A DNA stretch of 52,343 nucleotides, taken from the NCBI GenBank assembly GCA_029267825.1, contig JAJUHO010000001.1, positions 1 through 52,343 of the forward strand. The letters run 5' to 3'. This stretch comes from Oscillospiraceae bacterium. Its GTDB lineage: Bacteria > Bacillota > Clostridia > Oscillospirales > Ruminococcaceae. Shown piece by piece: positions 27,668-37,157 of the stretch. The notes under the pieces were generated by a model. The model was not told the DNA's origin. It did not search any database and was given only the letters and a program-made list of their open reading frames with translations. A program made the position numbers and the translations under genes. Every line of letters starts with the position of its first letter. The first letter of the stretch is position 1.

Positions 27668-29296
27668 ATGAAAAAAACAAGAACATATATAACGATATCT
27701 TTAATACTGCTGATTATAATTGGTTTAATAATTAGTTATTTATTTTTTATAAATCCACCCAAAAACAAACAAGCAGATATTTCACAACAAAGTTTAGTAA
27801 CATCAGATAACAGCAATACTCTTTCCAGTACTGAAAATAAAAGCAGTATTTCAGATACTTCAAAAAACATAATAAACATAAAAACAGATGATATTGAAGT
27901 GACAAAACCAACCTTCGATGAAGTACAAAATATTGCATATTTTAAAGTCAGCAATACATCAAAATTTGATTTATCCGCTACGATAATTGTAGAATCGTAT
28001 AACAATGGAATTTTGTCAAATACGCAAGAACATCCCATAACAATAAAATCAGGCACAACAAAAGAGCAATGTTCAGTATCAGCAAAAAAAGGAGATGTAA
28101 TAAAATTGATTGATAAGCAAGGCAACATTTATCTGCAGCCATTTGAAATAGGAGCAATGGAATGGGTCGGCACTTGGGCCAGCGCTCAACAAGGCTTGGA
28201 TTCTTCAAGAACGGAATATCCCCCTGAACCGGGACTTGCAAATAACACTTTCCGCCAAATTGTACGCATATCAATTGGCGGGATGCAGTTCCGTTTTAAA
28301 TTTTCAAACGAATATGGAAAAACACCTCTTGTAATTAATTCGGTACATATTTCAAAGCCATCTGATATCGGTACTTCAACCATAGATCCAAATTTTGATA
28401 CGGCAGTTACATTTAATGAAGGAAGTGAAAGTGTGACTATTCCTGCCGGGCAAATTGCTGTTTCTGACATAATCAACTATAACGCATCTGATTTGGAAAG
28501 AATTGCTGTATCAGTTTATTTTGGTTCTGTACCTGAAATAATAACAAGCCATACCGGTGCAAGAACAACTTCATATCTTATAGCCGGAAATCATGTGTCC
28601 GATATAAGTTTCAAAGACCCCATAGAGAATGAAGTCTGGTATTTTTTGACCGGAATAGATGTTTTATCAAATCCGGGTAGTAAAGCAATAGTATGCCTTG
28701 GAGATTCCATTACCGATGGACGAGGGGTTAAAACTAATTATGATACCCGTTGGACTGACGTTTTGGCAGAAAGATTGGTGAAAAATCCAAAAACAGCCCA
28801 CATTTCAGTATTAAATCAAGGAATAGGCGGCAATTCAATATTCGGCGGACTTGGCCCGGCAGCCATAAAACGTTACAAACGAGATGTCCTTAATCAACCT
28901 AATGTAGGTTATGTAATTATATTTGAAGGAATCAATGATATCGGATATACAAATTCTCTCTCATCTGCAGATATGATTATAAATGAATATAAAAAATTTG
29001 CAGATCAGGCACACGCTAAGGACATTAAAGTCATTGGTGCAACAATTACCCCATTTGGAGGGACTGATTACGCTAAAAATTATTGGGAAATCCGCGAAGA
29101 AGTGCGTCAAAAAATTAACGCCTGGATAAGAAACAACGAGTATTTTGACGGATATATAGATTTTGATGCGGCTATAAGAGATGAAAAAAATCCTTCTTTT
29201 CTCATTCAAGAATACAGTACCGACGGATTGCATCCAAACGTTGCCGGATATAAAAAAATGGGAGAATCAATAGATCTTAGTTTGTTTGAAGATTAA
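27668..29296 (+). CDS. Membrane-anchored/exported SGNH (GDSL) hydrolase, probable carbohydrate esterase
   Basis: 542 aa. N-terminal signal-anchor ITISLILLIIIGLIISYLFFI, a Ser/Thr-rich linker, and two beta-rich segments. SGNH blocks are present: I VCLGDSITDG, II GIGGNS, III FEGINDIG, V DGLHPN. Confidence 0.8.
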   Translation: MKKTRTYITISLILLIIIGLIISYLFFINPPKNKQADISQQSLVTSDNSNTLSSTENKSSISDTSKNIINIKTDDIEVTKPTFDEVQNIAYFKVSNTSKFDLSATIIVESYNNGILSNTQEHPITIKSGTTKEQCSVSAKKGDVIKLIDKQGNIYLQPFEIGAMEWVGTWASAQQGLDSSRTEYPPEPGLANNTFRQIVRISIGGMQFRFKFSNEYGKTPLVINSVHISKPSDIGTSTIDPNFDTAVTFNEGSESVTIPAGQIAVSDIINYNASDLERIAVSVYFGSVPEIITSHTGARTTSYLIAGNHVSDISFKDPIENEVWYFLTGIDVLSNPGSKAIVCLGDSITDGRGVKTNYDTRWTDVLAERLVKNPKTAHISVLNQGIGGNSIFGGLGPAAIKRYKRDVLNQPNVGYVIIFEGINDIGYTNSLSSADMIINEYKKFADQAHAKDIKVIGATITPFGGTDYAKNYWEIREEVRQKINAWIRNNEYFDGYIDFDAAIRDEKNPSFLIQEYSTDGLHPNVAGYKKMGESIDLSLFED

Positions 29297-29338
29297 AATT
29301 TTAAAAATAAAATTATAAAAATATTGGAGGATTTATTT

Positions 29339-32257
29339 ATGGATTTTGTAATTAGTCAGGCCGCTTTAAAAAATTCTTTAACCACTGATGGGAGAACTTC
29401 AGCCAAGGCATTGTTTTATCAGGAAAAAGAAGCTTTTAGCGGTGTAAATAAAATTGCCGGCAAGGTTATGCACGATGTGGAACTGGTTTTTGGAGTTGCT
29501 CCAACGGCGACTTATGATAAAAAATCATTGGACAAAAATTCAATATTATATGGTACGGTAGGACATTCCCCTATTCTTAACGAACTTAATGAAAAAAAGA
29601 TAATTGACCTTTCTTCTATTGAAGGAAAAAGAGAAGTTTATCTGTTTCAAGTTGTAGACAATCCGTTTGAAGGCGTTGAAAAGGCTCTTGTCATTGCGGG
29701 AAGTGATAAGCGTGGAACCATATACGGACTGTTTCATTTATCCGAACTGCTCGGTGTTTCCCCATTAGTTGACTGGTGTGATGTCAAGCCAAAACAAAAA
29801 TCCGCCGTATCTTTAAGCGGAGATTTAAAATACATTTCCAAAGAACCATCGGTACGATTTAGAGGATTTTTTATAAATGACGAATGGCCCGCATTCGGCA
29901 ATTGGGCAATGAAAAATTTTGGCGGCTTTAACGCAAATATGTATGATCATGTTTTTGAATTGCTGCTGAGATTGAAGGGCAATTATCTTTGGCCTGCCAT
30001 GTGGTCTTCGCGTTTTAGTGATGATGGCCCCGGGCTTGCCAGCCATGAATTGGCAAATGAATATGGAGTAATAATGGGTGCCTCTCATCATGAGCCATGT
30101 TTGCGATACGGAGAAGAATATAAATATTTGCGTGGAAAAGACTCGATATATGGTGATGCATGGAATTTTATAACCAACAGAGAAGGCATTATCAGATTTT
30201 GGATAGACGGTTTGAAGCGCAGCGGTAAATTTGAAAATGTTATCACTATTGGCATGCGCGGCGAGGCCGATACCGCAATCATGGGAAAAGATGCCACTTT
30301 GGCTGATAATATTAATTTATTGCGCGATGTAATTAAAACACAAAACAGCCTTATAAAAGAATACGTTAACCAAAACCTTTCCGAAGTACCAAGAATGCTT
30401 GCTTTGTATAAAGAAGTGGAACCATTTTTCTATGGGGACAAAGACACCCCAGGGCTAATGGGTTATGAAGAACTCGAAGATGTTATTATCATGCTTTGCG
30501 ATGATAATCATGGAAATTTAAGAACATTGCCAACCGAAAAAATGCGTAATCACAAAGGTGGCTACGGCATGTATTACCATTTTGATTATCATGGTGCACC
30601 AATTTCTTATGAATGGATTAACAGTTCATATCTCCCTAAAATATGGGAACAAATGACTATGGCATACGATTTTGGAATACGTGAGCTTTGGATAGTTAAT
30701 GTGGGCGATATTTGCACTCAAGAATTTCCATTATCATTTTTCCTGGATTTAGCCTATGATTTTGACAAATGGGGCACAAATGCAATCAACAAAACGGATG
30801 ATTATACAAAACAATGGATTGCTAAACAATTTGACGGTGTTTTTAATGACGAACAAATGGATAAAGTTTACGAGTTGATTTCCGGTTACACAAAAATTGC
30901 CCATAGACGCAGGCCGGAAGCTATGAATGCAGATATATATCATCCGGTAAATTATAATGAAACTGATGATACCTTGCAGGAAATTTATCGTCTGCTTGAT
31001 ATTGCTGATGAATTATATAGGACTGTGGATAAAAATAACTTACCGGCTTATTTTTCTCTTGTTTATTACCCTGCTGTCGGAAATTTGAATTTGCAGAAAA
31101 TGTGGTTGATTAGCGGCAAAAATTATTATTATGCCAAACTTGGATATATGGAAGCCAACAAACTCGTAGATCAAGTTAAAGAATGCATTAAGCGTGACAA
31201 AGATTTAATAGAAGAATACCATACCATTGACAATGGAAAATGGTACGGCATGGGACTTTCCGAACATATTGGCTTTCATTGTTGGAATGAAGATGAATGT
31301 TGCAATCCCATACTTATGAATGTATTGCCGGCTAATAAACCGAGATTATCAATAGCTTTAAATGGCAGCGAACATCGCTCAGAAGGCGGTTGGAACAACA
31401 AATTATTTATGAATGATTTTCTACGCCCTGATGTGAATGAAACTTCATTTGCAATATTCAGTCTAAGTGATAAATTGGCTGAATATACAATCACCTGCAA
31501 CAACAAATGGCTTAAATGCTCAAAGGAAAAAGGCATTTTAGATGGTATAAATATTGCGTCCGATGTTATCAAGGTAACTATAGACCGTAATTTGCAAAAC
31601 GGAGAAACCGATGGGCAAATAGTGGTTAAAATGCCTTGCGGTACTTGCACGATATTTGTTAAGGCATATTTGCCCGATATCAAAGGTTTGCCTGATAAAA
31701 CATTTATTGAAACAAACGGATACATCTCCATAGAAGCAGAACATTTTTATCAAAAGAAAGATTTTATCAATGATAATGGTGAATTATTTCATTTTGAAAT
31801 TTTACATGGGTACGGCAAAACTTTATCTGCCGTAAAAGCATTTCCAACAACAGCATATTATACGCCAGGAAAAGATTCTCCTTATTTGGAATATTATTTT
31901 GCGGTAAAAGAAACCGGAAAATATGAAGTTGAATTATACATGCAGCCATCAAATGCGGTAACTAATGAAAATACTTTATTTTATGCTGTTCAGGCTAATG
32001 ATGATGACATTGCAATAGCCAACGCAATACCGGAAGGACAAAGAATAGACAGCCATTTTTGGTCAATGGGAGTGCTTGAAAATATCCACAAGCAATCTAT
32101 AAAAATTCATTGTCATAAGGGCTTAAATATTTTAAAGGTGTATGCGGTAAGTCCTGGTTTTGTGCTGGAAAAATTGGTAATTTACAAAGAAGGCAACAAA
32201 CCTGCACAAAGTTATTTGGGTCCGACGGAAACTTATTATGTAGGTAAAATTTTTTAA
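29339..32257 (+). CDS. Glycoside hydrolase family 115 (alpha-glucuronidase-type), no signal peptide
   Basis: I prefer the ATG at 29339 because TGGAGGA lies 7 nt upstream; the ORF-track start at 29324 is a TTG inside that RBS. The GH115 block FRGFFINDEWPAFGNW...VFELLLRLKGNYLWPAMW...GASHHEP is present. 972 aa. Confidence 0.82.
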   Translation: MDFVISQAALKNSLTTDGRTSAKALFYQEKEAFSGVNKIAGKVMHDVELVFGVAPTATYDKKSLDKNSILYGTVGHSPILNELNEKKIIDLSSIEGKREVYLFQVVDNPFEGVEKALVIAGSDKRGTIYGLFHLSELLGVSPLVDWCDVKPKQKSAVSLSGDLKYISKEPSVRFRGFFINDEWPAFGNWAMKNFGGFNANMYDHVFELLLRLKGNYLWPAMWSSRFSDDGPGLASHELANEYGVIMGASHHEPCLRYGEEYKYLRGKDSIYGDAWNFITNREGIIRFWIDGLKRSGKFENVITIGMRGEADTAIMGKDATLADNINLLRDVIKTQNSLIKEYVNQNLSEVPRMLALYKEVEPFFYGDKDTPGLMGYEELEDVIIMLCDDNHGNLRTLPTEKMRNHKGGYGMYYHFDYHGAPISYEWINSSYLPKIWEQMTMAYDFGIRELWIVNVGDICTQEFPLSFFLDLAYDFDKWGTNAINKTDDYTKQWIAKQFDGVFNDEQMDKVYELISGYTKIAHRRRPEAMNADIYHPVNYNETDDTLQEIYRLLDIADELYRTVDKNNLPAYFSLVYYPAVGNLNLQKMWLISGKNYYYAKLGYMEANKLVDQVKECIKRDKDLIEEYHTIDNGKWYGMGLSEHIGFHCWNEDECCNPILMNVLPANKPRLSIALNGSEHRSEGGWNNKLFMNDFLRPDVNETSFAIFSLSDKLAEYTITCNNKWLKCSKEKGILDGINIASDVIKVTIDRNLQNGETDGQIVVKMPCGTCTIFVKAYLPDIKGLPDKTFIETNGYISIEAEHFYQKKDFINDNGELFHFEILHGYGKTLSAVKAFPTTAYYTPGKDSPYLEYYFAVKETGKYEVELYMQPSNAVTNENTLFYAVQANDDDIAIANAIPEGQRIDSHFWSMGVLENIHKQSIKIHCHKGLNILKVYAVSPGFVLEKLVIYKEGNKPAQSYLGPTETYYVGKIF

Positions 32258-32274
32258 GTACCCTTATATACAAA

Positions 32275-33147
32275 TCATTCTATGTCAACTTCAATTGAAG
32301 ATAAATTTAATACTTTCCCACCTACTTTGACTCCTTTGATATCATTCCCTTCAACGGTAAGAGAAACCAGTATTTCCGACGGTTTTTTCATAGTGTAGCC
32401 TTGCTCTATGATAATATGTGAAGCTTGATTGCGGTTGATTTTACCATATTTGTAAAGATAACAACCAAAGGCACCATTTGATGTTCCTGTAGCGGATTCC
32501 TCCGGAATTGCGAACAGGGGGGCAAAGTTTCTACAGCAAGCGGTTGAACCATTGATTGATTCTAACGTAAAAACATGATACCCTACTGCATTGTACTTTC
32601 TGCTGATTTCAATGATTTTTTCCAAATCCGGTTTTATGGAATTTAAAATATCCATGCTTTTTATGGGTACTATGATATCCCTTAGACCTGTGGATACTAT
32701 TTGAACCGGTAAATCCTCATGAATGCTGGTAGTTTCAATATTTAAAGAATCAGCTATTTTACTCTTATCAATCGCTTCATAAAAAGTTGGGAGCGGCTGA
32801 CACATCATAATTGATAGATCTTCCTTTATTTCAACGCGAAAAATTCCTGCTTTGGTTTCCTGCAGGTAACTGCCTGGTTTTATATGCCCAAGGGTTGCTA
32901 AGGTAAAGAAAGTTCCTATCGTAGCATGTCCGCATAAATCAACTTCTTCGTTTGAAGTAAAGAATCTTACCTTAAAATCTGCCAAATTTGATTTCAAAAC
33001 AAATGCAGTCTCACTGAAACCTAAGATGGCAGCTGTTTTTTGCATTTCTGTATCCGACAGGTAATCAGCATTTAGAACAATTCCCGCTTCGTTACCTCCT
33101 TCAGGAGTTTTGGCAAATGAATTAACTTTATAAGCTTTAACTTTCAT
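32275..33147 (-). CDS. PhzF-family isomerase
   Basis: 290 aa. Motifs: VNSFAKTPEGGNEAGIVL, GFSETAFV, VRFFTSNEEVDLCGHATIG. It has the duplicated DapF-like fold. Confidence 0.85.
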   Translation of the reverse strand: MKVKAYKVNSFAKTPEGGNEAGIVLNADYLSDTEMQKTAAILGFSETAFVLKSNLADFKVRFFTSNEEVDLCGHATIGTFFTLATLGHIKPGSYLQETKAGIFRVEIKEDLSIMMCQPLPTFYEAIDKSKIADSLNIETTSIHEDLPVQIVSTGLRDIIVPIKSMDILNSIKPDLEKIIEISRKYNAVGYHVFTLESINGSTACCRNFAPLFAIPEESATGTSNGAFGCYLYKYGKINRNQASHIIIEQGYTMKKPSEILVSLTVEGNDIKGVKVGGKVLNLSSIEVDIE

Positions 33148-33187
33148 AAGATTTTCTCCTCGTTACATCACAAAGCATCTGATTGTT

Positions 33188-33216
33188 ACTATATGTCACT
33201 TTTAAATATTTGTCAA
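33188..33216 (-). promoter_or_regulatory. Sigma-A-type promoter of the phzF-family gene
   Basis: The minus strand reads TTGACA (33216-33211), a 17-nt spacer, then TATAGT (33193-33188). A GAGGAGAA RBS precedes the ATG at 33147. Confidence 0.55.
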
Positions 33217-33241
33217 CTGTAACAGTCAAATAAAACAAAAC

Positions 33242-33271
33242 GCCCCTTAATTCTTTATCGAATTAAGGGGC
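33242..33271 (-). terminator. Intrinsic terminator of the spoIIIA operon
   Basis: 12-bp perfect stem GCCCCTTAATTC (33242-33253) / GAATTAAGGGGC (33260-33271), followed on the minus strand by GTTTTGTTTTATTT. Confidence 0.8.
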
Positions 33272-33300
33272 TATATGTTATGCCTATAATGCAAAAGCTA

Positions 33301-33852
33301 TCACTTAACCTCAATTATTGTAATTTTATCTGTCGGAACTGATACTTGGCTAAGCAAAATGTCTTTTATCTGTGCAGCCTCGGACGGAACAAGCCCGTCG
33401 GTTTTTACAACTATATTTGCGGATTGTCCGTCAAGATATACCACGCAATCCTCAAACCCTTGTGCTTTTATTAAATTTTCAATTACCCCTTCACTTTCCA
33501 CAAGTTTGGAAAGGGATACTGCATCCTGAGTAATTGAGGCTTTTTCTTCTTCGGTCAAATCTCCTCCATTAAGCATTGTTTGGAGAGTTTGCACCGCTTC
33601 ATCCCTTTTTGTAATTCTATCAAGCCTTGCTTTTGCAAAATAATCATCCGATTCGTCGGCATTTACAAAAGCGGCATCTCCATAATTTCCACCGGATCCG
33701 GAAGAAGAATCAAGCGCATTTGTCGCCGCAAGACTGTTCCCGGTTTGGGTAAAGGCATAGCTTAAATAAATTGCTATACCCAAAATCAACGTCAAGCAAG
33801 CTAAAATGATATGATTTTTCCTTATAATAATATTAGGTTTTCTCATCTTCAA
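33301..33852 (-). CDS. spoIIIAH: Stage III sporulation protein AH
   Basis: 183 aa. N-terminal TM helix. DYFAKARLDRITKRDE...EGVIENLIKAQGFEDCVVY...IVVKTDGL matches the SpoIIIAH/YscJ-like pattern. It is the last gene of the spoIIIA operon. Confidence 0.78.
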   Translation of the reverse strand: MKMRKPNIIIRKNHIILACLTLILGIAIYLSYAFTQTGNSLAATNALDSSSGSGGNYGDAAFVNADESDDYFAKARLDRITKRDEAVQTLQTMLNGGDLTEEEKASITQDAVSLSKLVESEGVIENLIKAQGFEDCVVYLDGQSANIVVKTDGLVPSEAAQIKDILLSQVSVPTDKITIIEVK

Positions 33853-33891
33853 TTCTCCATTCTGCCACGCAGGCGTTTATTATCGGCAATT

Positions 33892-34419
33892 TTAAGGCGT
33901 GCCTTGCGCCACATATATCTTTGCAGTTGAAATTCCCAACGCAGTAGCCGTCGCCATATATATCCTTTCGCAGATCCTTGCATTTCCTCCCCCTTCGCAT
34001 ACAATTACCACTCCGTTAATTTGCGGACTTATGACTTTTTTTACAAGCGCCTCCTTTTTATCGCCGGCATCTATCAATACCGGCTTATTCTCACTTTGAG
34101 AAGCAGTTTTCCCATCGCCGGAAGAATTGCTGCTGCTCCCCTCTTCAGCATAAACATACTCTTCCGTACAGGACACGGTAAGCATTACCTTTATTTTTCC
34201 AACTCCGTCAATAGCGGAAAGCACTTCCTCAAGTTTTTGTGATGTTTCTTTTTGAAAATTTTCTGTTATCATATCTTTTTCTGTTTCTATTTTTGTTTTC
34301 TGAGGCAAAAATTCAGAAAGCATTATTAAGGCAATTCCGGCAAACCCTAAAATTATAATTGCCTTAAAAGCATTTTCTTTGCCTATTTTATTTTTTAGAA
34401 AATTGATTAAACTTTCCAT
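33892..34419 (-). CDS. spoIIIAG: Stage III sporulation protein AG
   Basis: 175 aa. N-terminal TM helix. The C-terminal block PQINGVVIVCEGGGNARICERIYMATATALGISTAKIYV is typical of SpoIIIAG. Confidence 0.8.
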   Translation of the reverse strand: MESLINFLKNKIGKENAFKAIIILGFAGIALIMLSEFLPQKTKIETEKDMITENFQKETSQKLEEVLSAIDGVGKIKVMLTVSCTEEYVYAEEGSSSNSSGDGKTASQSENKPVLIDAGDKKEALVKKVISPQINGVVIVCEGGGNARICERIYMATATALGISTAKIYVAQGTP

Positions 34420-34425
34420 ACCACT

Positions 34426-34896
34426 TTACTCCCGCAGATTTATGGCGACACGGATATTCTCGCCAACTTCGTTTTTTATAACATCAAAAGCTTTTTGTTT
34501 GTCACTATTTTGGGAAAGCTCCACTTCTATTTCACTAATAGATATGCTGTTGTCATCAGAAATATTAACCTTAGTTGAGATTTTATCAGCATTCACACCG
34601 CTTGCCTTTAATTTCTCAAGCAATGCGGAGCTTATGTTTTTCTCAATTGCAGACTTATAATCCTCTTTTAAGCTATCTTGAACCGATGAAAAATCGCCTT
34701 CCTTTGGCAAATCAAAACCTTCAAAGCTAAAATTCCCGCCTGACAAAAAAGGGGCGGCAAGTCCTATTAAAAAAAAGAGAGAAAAAATAAGGCGTATTTG
34801 CTTTTCAAATTTTTTTTCCGGACAAAGCATATCCAGCATTGATATCCCAACCGCCAAAAAACATGAAACTGCAACAAGTTTTTTTAATGCTTCCAT
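34426..34896 (-). CDS. spoIIIAF: Stage III sporulation protein AF
   Basis: 156 aa. Two N-terminal TM helices (VAVSCFLAVGISMLDMLCPEKKFEKQIRLIFSLFFLIGLAAPFL). Its position between AE and AG supports the call. Confidence 0.7.
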   Translation of the reverse strand: MEALKKLVAVSCFLAVGISMLDMLCPEKKFEKQIRLIFSLFFLIGLAAPFLSGGNFSFEGFDLPKEGDFSSVQDSLKEDYKSAIEKNISSALLEKLKASGVNADKISTKVNISDDNSISISEIEVELSQNSDKQKAFDVIKNEVGENIRVAINLRE

Positions 34897-34907
34897 TCAC
34901 TTCACCC

Positions 34908-36032
34908 TTAAAACATATTTAGTCCAAGCATCATGATTATTGCCGTAGAAACAACAAGCATTATAGTAAAGCACAAAAGCAGGCTCAATGCAATAGAGAG
35001 CACGGAAACGACATTTTTTAAAAGGTTGTTTATTTCTTTAACTCCAAAAATTTCAGAAACTATGGCGCCGCACCAAACTGAAGCTTCAAGCAAAACAACC
35101 GAAATTATTGACGGCAGCATTGTCAGCAAAAGTGCTGCTATTCCATAGCTGCCAACCCCGCTTTTTAAAATACCAAGGCTGCCTTTTATTGCCGAATAGG
35201 CATCCGATATTGCACTTCCAACAACCGGCACAACGCTTGAAACTACAAATTTGGCAGCTTTTGCAGAAACCGTATCGGTTGAAACTCCAATAACACTTTG
35301 TATTGTCAATAGTCCCACAAAGATTGTCATTATAAACCCTATACCCCATACGGCAATTTTCTTTATTCCGTCCGTAATCCCAGAAAGCGAAATTGCAGGA
35401 TTTATTGATTCTACAACAGCCATTGCAAGGCAAAGCCCCAAAAGTGGCATTAAAATTTTTGAAGCTATTTGTGTCGATACTTCGCAAACCGCAAAAATAA
35501 TTGCGCTATAACTTCCTGCGGAAGAAATATTCCCGCTTGCAGCAACTATTCCTGAAAAAACAGGGACATAGCTTACCATAAAATTCCCACCGCAAACAAG
35601 CGTGTCTGAAACTGATTGAATACAAGAGCAAATCGGCTCTGAAATTATGCCGACACAAACAAGAACGCTTATTATTCCGTATATCTTTGACATCCCTTTG
35701 CTTGAAACAGTATCACCCATTCCGGCAATTAAAGATGCCAGCAAAATGACCGAAAAAAGCTTGCCAAGAACTTTCAGCGGACTTAAAAGCTTGTTTTTAA
35801 GCCCGTCCAATATGTAGTCAAAAACCATTTTCGGAGTAATTTCAAGCATTTTTTCCGGTTCTGAAACATCCACACCTTTTTTATCCATAAACTCTCCGGC
35901 ACTTTCCGGAAGTGATATATTTTCCACGCCACTTGCTTTTACAGTATTTTTAAGCACATTGCCATCTGTCGCCATAACAGGAAATGTTCCCAAGATAAAA
36001 AATATAAAAATCATGCAAAAAATCTTTTTCAT
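34908..36032 (-). CDS. spoIIIAE: Stage III sporulation protein AE
   Basis: 374 aa. It has a signal peptide followed by about 7-8 TM helices. Its size and operon position are as in B. subtilis spoIIIAE. Confidence 0.85.
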   Translation of the reverse strand: MKKIFCMIFIFFILGTFPVMATDGNVLKNTVKASGVENISLPESAGEFMDKKGVDVSEPEKMLEITPKMVFDYILDGLKNKLLSPLKVLGKLFSVILLASLIAGMGDTVSSKGMSKIYGIISVLVCVGIISEPICSCIQSVSDTLVCGGNFMVSYVPVFSGIVAASGNISSAGSYSAIIFAVCEVSTQIASKILMPLLGLCLAMAVVESINPAISLSGITDGIKKIAVWGIGFIMTIFVGLLTIQSVIGVSTDTVSAKAAKFVVSSVVPVVGSAISDAYSAIKGSLGILKSGVGSYGIAALLLTMLPSIISVVLLEASVWCGAIVSEIFGVKEINNLLKNVVSVLSIALSLLLCFTIMLVVSTAIIMMLGLNMF

Positions 36033-36045
36033 TCTTTTCCCTCTT

Positions 36046-36441
36046 TTAAAGAGACATGAACTTCATTACTATTTCCGACAATTTTTGAAACAATGGAAGT
36101 GCAAGTGTCAAAAGGCATATCTTGCCTGCAAATTCAAGCTGTGCGGCAAGAGTGTTCTCACCACCGTCACGGCATATATCACAGGCAAACTGGATTATAT
36201 AGCATACTCCAAGCGCTTTAAACAAAATCACCACATACTGCTCGTCAATACCTGATGCAGAAAAAAGCCTGTCTATTGTCTGAATAATCGGGGATACAAA
36301 AGCAAAAACAGCAAGAAGAATTAAAACAGATGCCGCAGCTCCTATCATAAGGCTGTATATCTTATCATACTTGTCCATAAGTTTGCATAGTGCCACAGAT
36401 ATAACTGCAAGCGAAGCAATTTGAATTATATTTTCTACCAT
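36046..36441 (-). CDS. spoIIIAD: Stage III sporulation protein AD
   Basis: 131 aa. Four TM helices. Motif FKALGVCYIIQFACDICRDGGENTLAAQLEFAGKI. Confidence 0.85.
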   Translation of the reverse strand: MVENIIQIASLAVISVALCKLMDKYDKIYSLMIGAAASVLILLAVFAFVSPIIQTIDRLFSASGIDEQYVVILFKALGVCYIIQFACDICRDGGENTLAAQLEFAGKICLLTLALPLFQKLSEIVMKFMSL

Positions 36442-36632
36442 AACCCAAACACGCTCTTTATGGTTTCAAAAAGATTGCTTATTTCATTAATTATTATCAT
36501 AAGCACTACAATCAGTCCCGCAAGAGTGGTCATCATGGCTTGCTCCTCACGTTCAGCCCGCTTTAAAAGAAGATTAAGAACCGCAACAATTATGCCTATG
36601 CCGGCAATTTTAAAAATTAAATCTATATTCAT
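36435..36632 (-). CDS. spoIIIAC: Stage III sporulation protein AC
   Basis: 65 aa. Two TM helices (IFKIAGIGIIVAVLNLLLKRAEREEQAMMTTLAGLIVVL). It overlaps the spoIIIAD start by 7 nt. Confidence 0.85.
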   Translation of the reverse strand: MNIDLIFKIAGIGIIVAVLNLLLKRAEREEQAMMTTLAGLIVVLMIIINEISNLFETIKSVFGLW

Positions 36633-36647
36633 TTAAACCTCCAAAAG

Positions 36648-37157
36648 CTAAACCAAAAGAATTGAAATAAAAGCGCCGCTTAAAATTCCAAGCGTACGGT
36701 AAAGCTTTCCTTTTTTGTCCCTTTCCTCACGCGCTTTTTCAATAATAAGTCCAAGATTACCCATATGCAGGCTTATCATTCCAAGCTGACCCTCTATATC
36801 ACTTTTCCCAAGTGAAAAACCTATTCCTTTAATGAAATCTACATCTGTTTCTTTTAAAAATGGGTACCGGCACTTTTCAATGCCATTTGCCCATATGTCA
36901 TAAAAATCTTTATACGGAGAATAATTTTTCTTTATTTCTTCAAGAAAATTAAGTGCGGCAAGAGTCTTGTCACGGCAAAGTACATCCAAAATTTCATATA
37001 AGGTTGATGCCTGAAATCGGATTTGTATTGAAATTTCTTCAAGCATGAGCTTTAATAATGACAAAAATTCCACTCTTTCAGTTAACCTTTTTGAGAATAT
37101 AATTCCCGTCAGTCCCGTAGTTGTGATAATCAGCAGCATTCCTAATATTTTCAGCAT
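36648..37157 (-). CDS. spoIIIAB: Stage III sporulation protein AB
   Basis: 169 aa. MLKILGMLLIITTTGLTGIIFSKRLTERVEFL parallels the B. subtilis SpoIIIAB N-terminus. A strong GAGGTG RBS lies 8 nt upstream, inside the 3' end of spoIIIAA. Confidence 0.85.
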   Translation of the reverse strand: MLKILGMLLIITTTGLTGIIFSKRLTERVEFLSLLKLMLEEISIQIRFQASTLYEILDVLCRDKTLAALNFLEEIKKNYSPYKDFYDIWANGIEKCRYPFLKETDVDFIKGIGFSLGKSDIEGQLGMISLHMGNLGLIIEKAREERDKKGKLYRTLGILSGAFISILLV

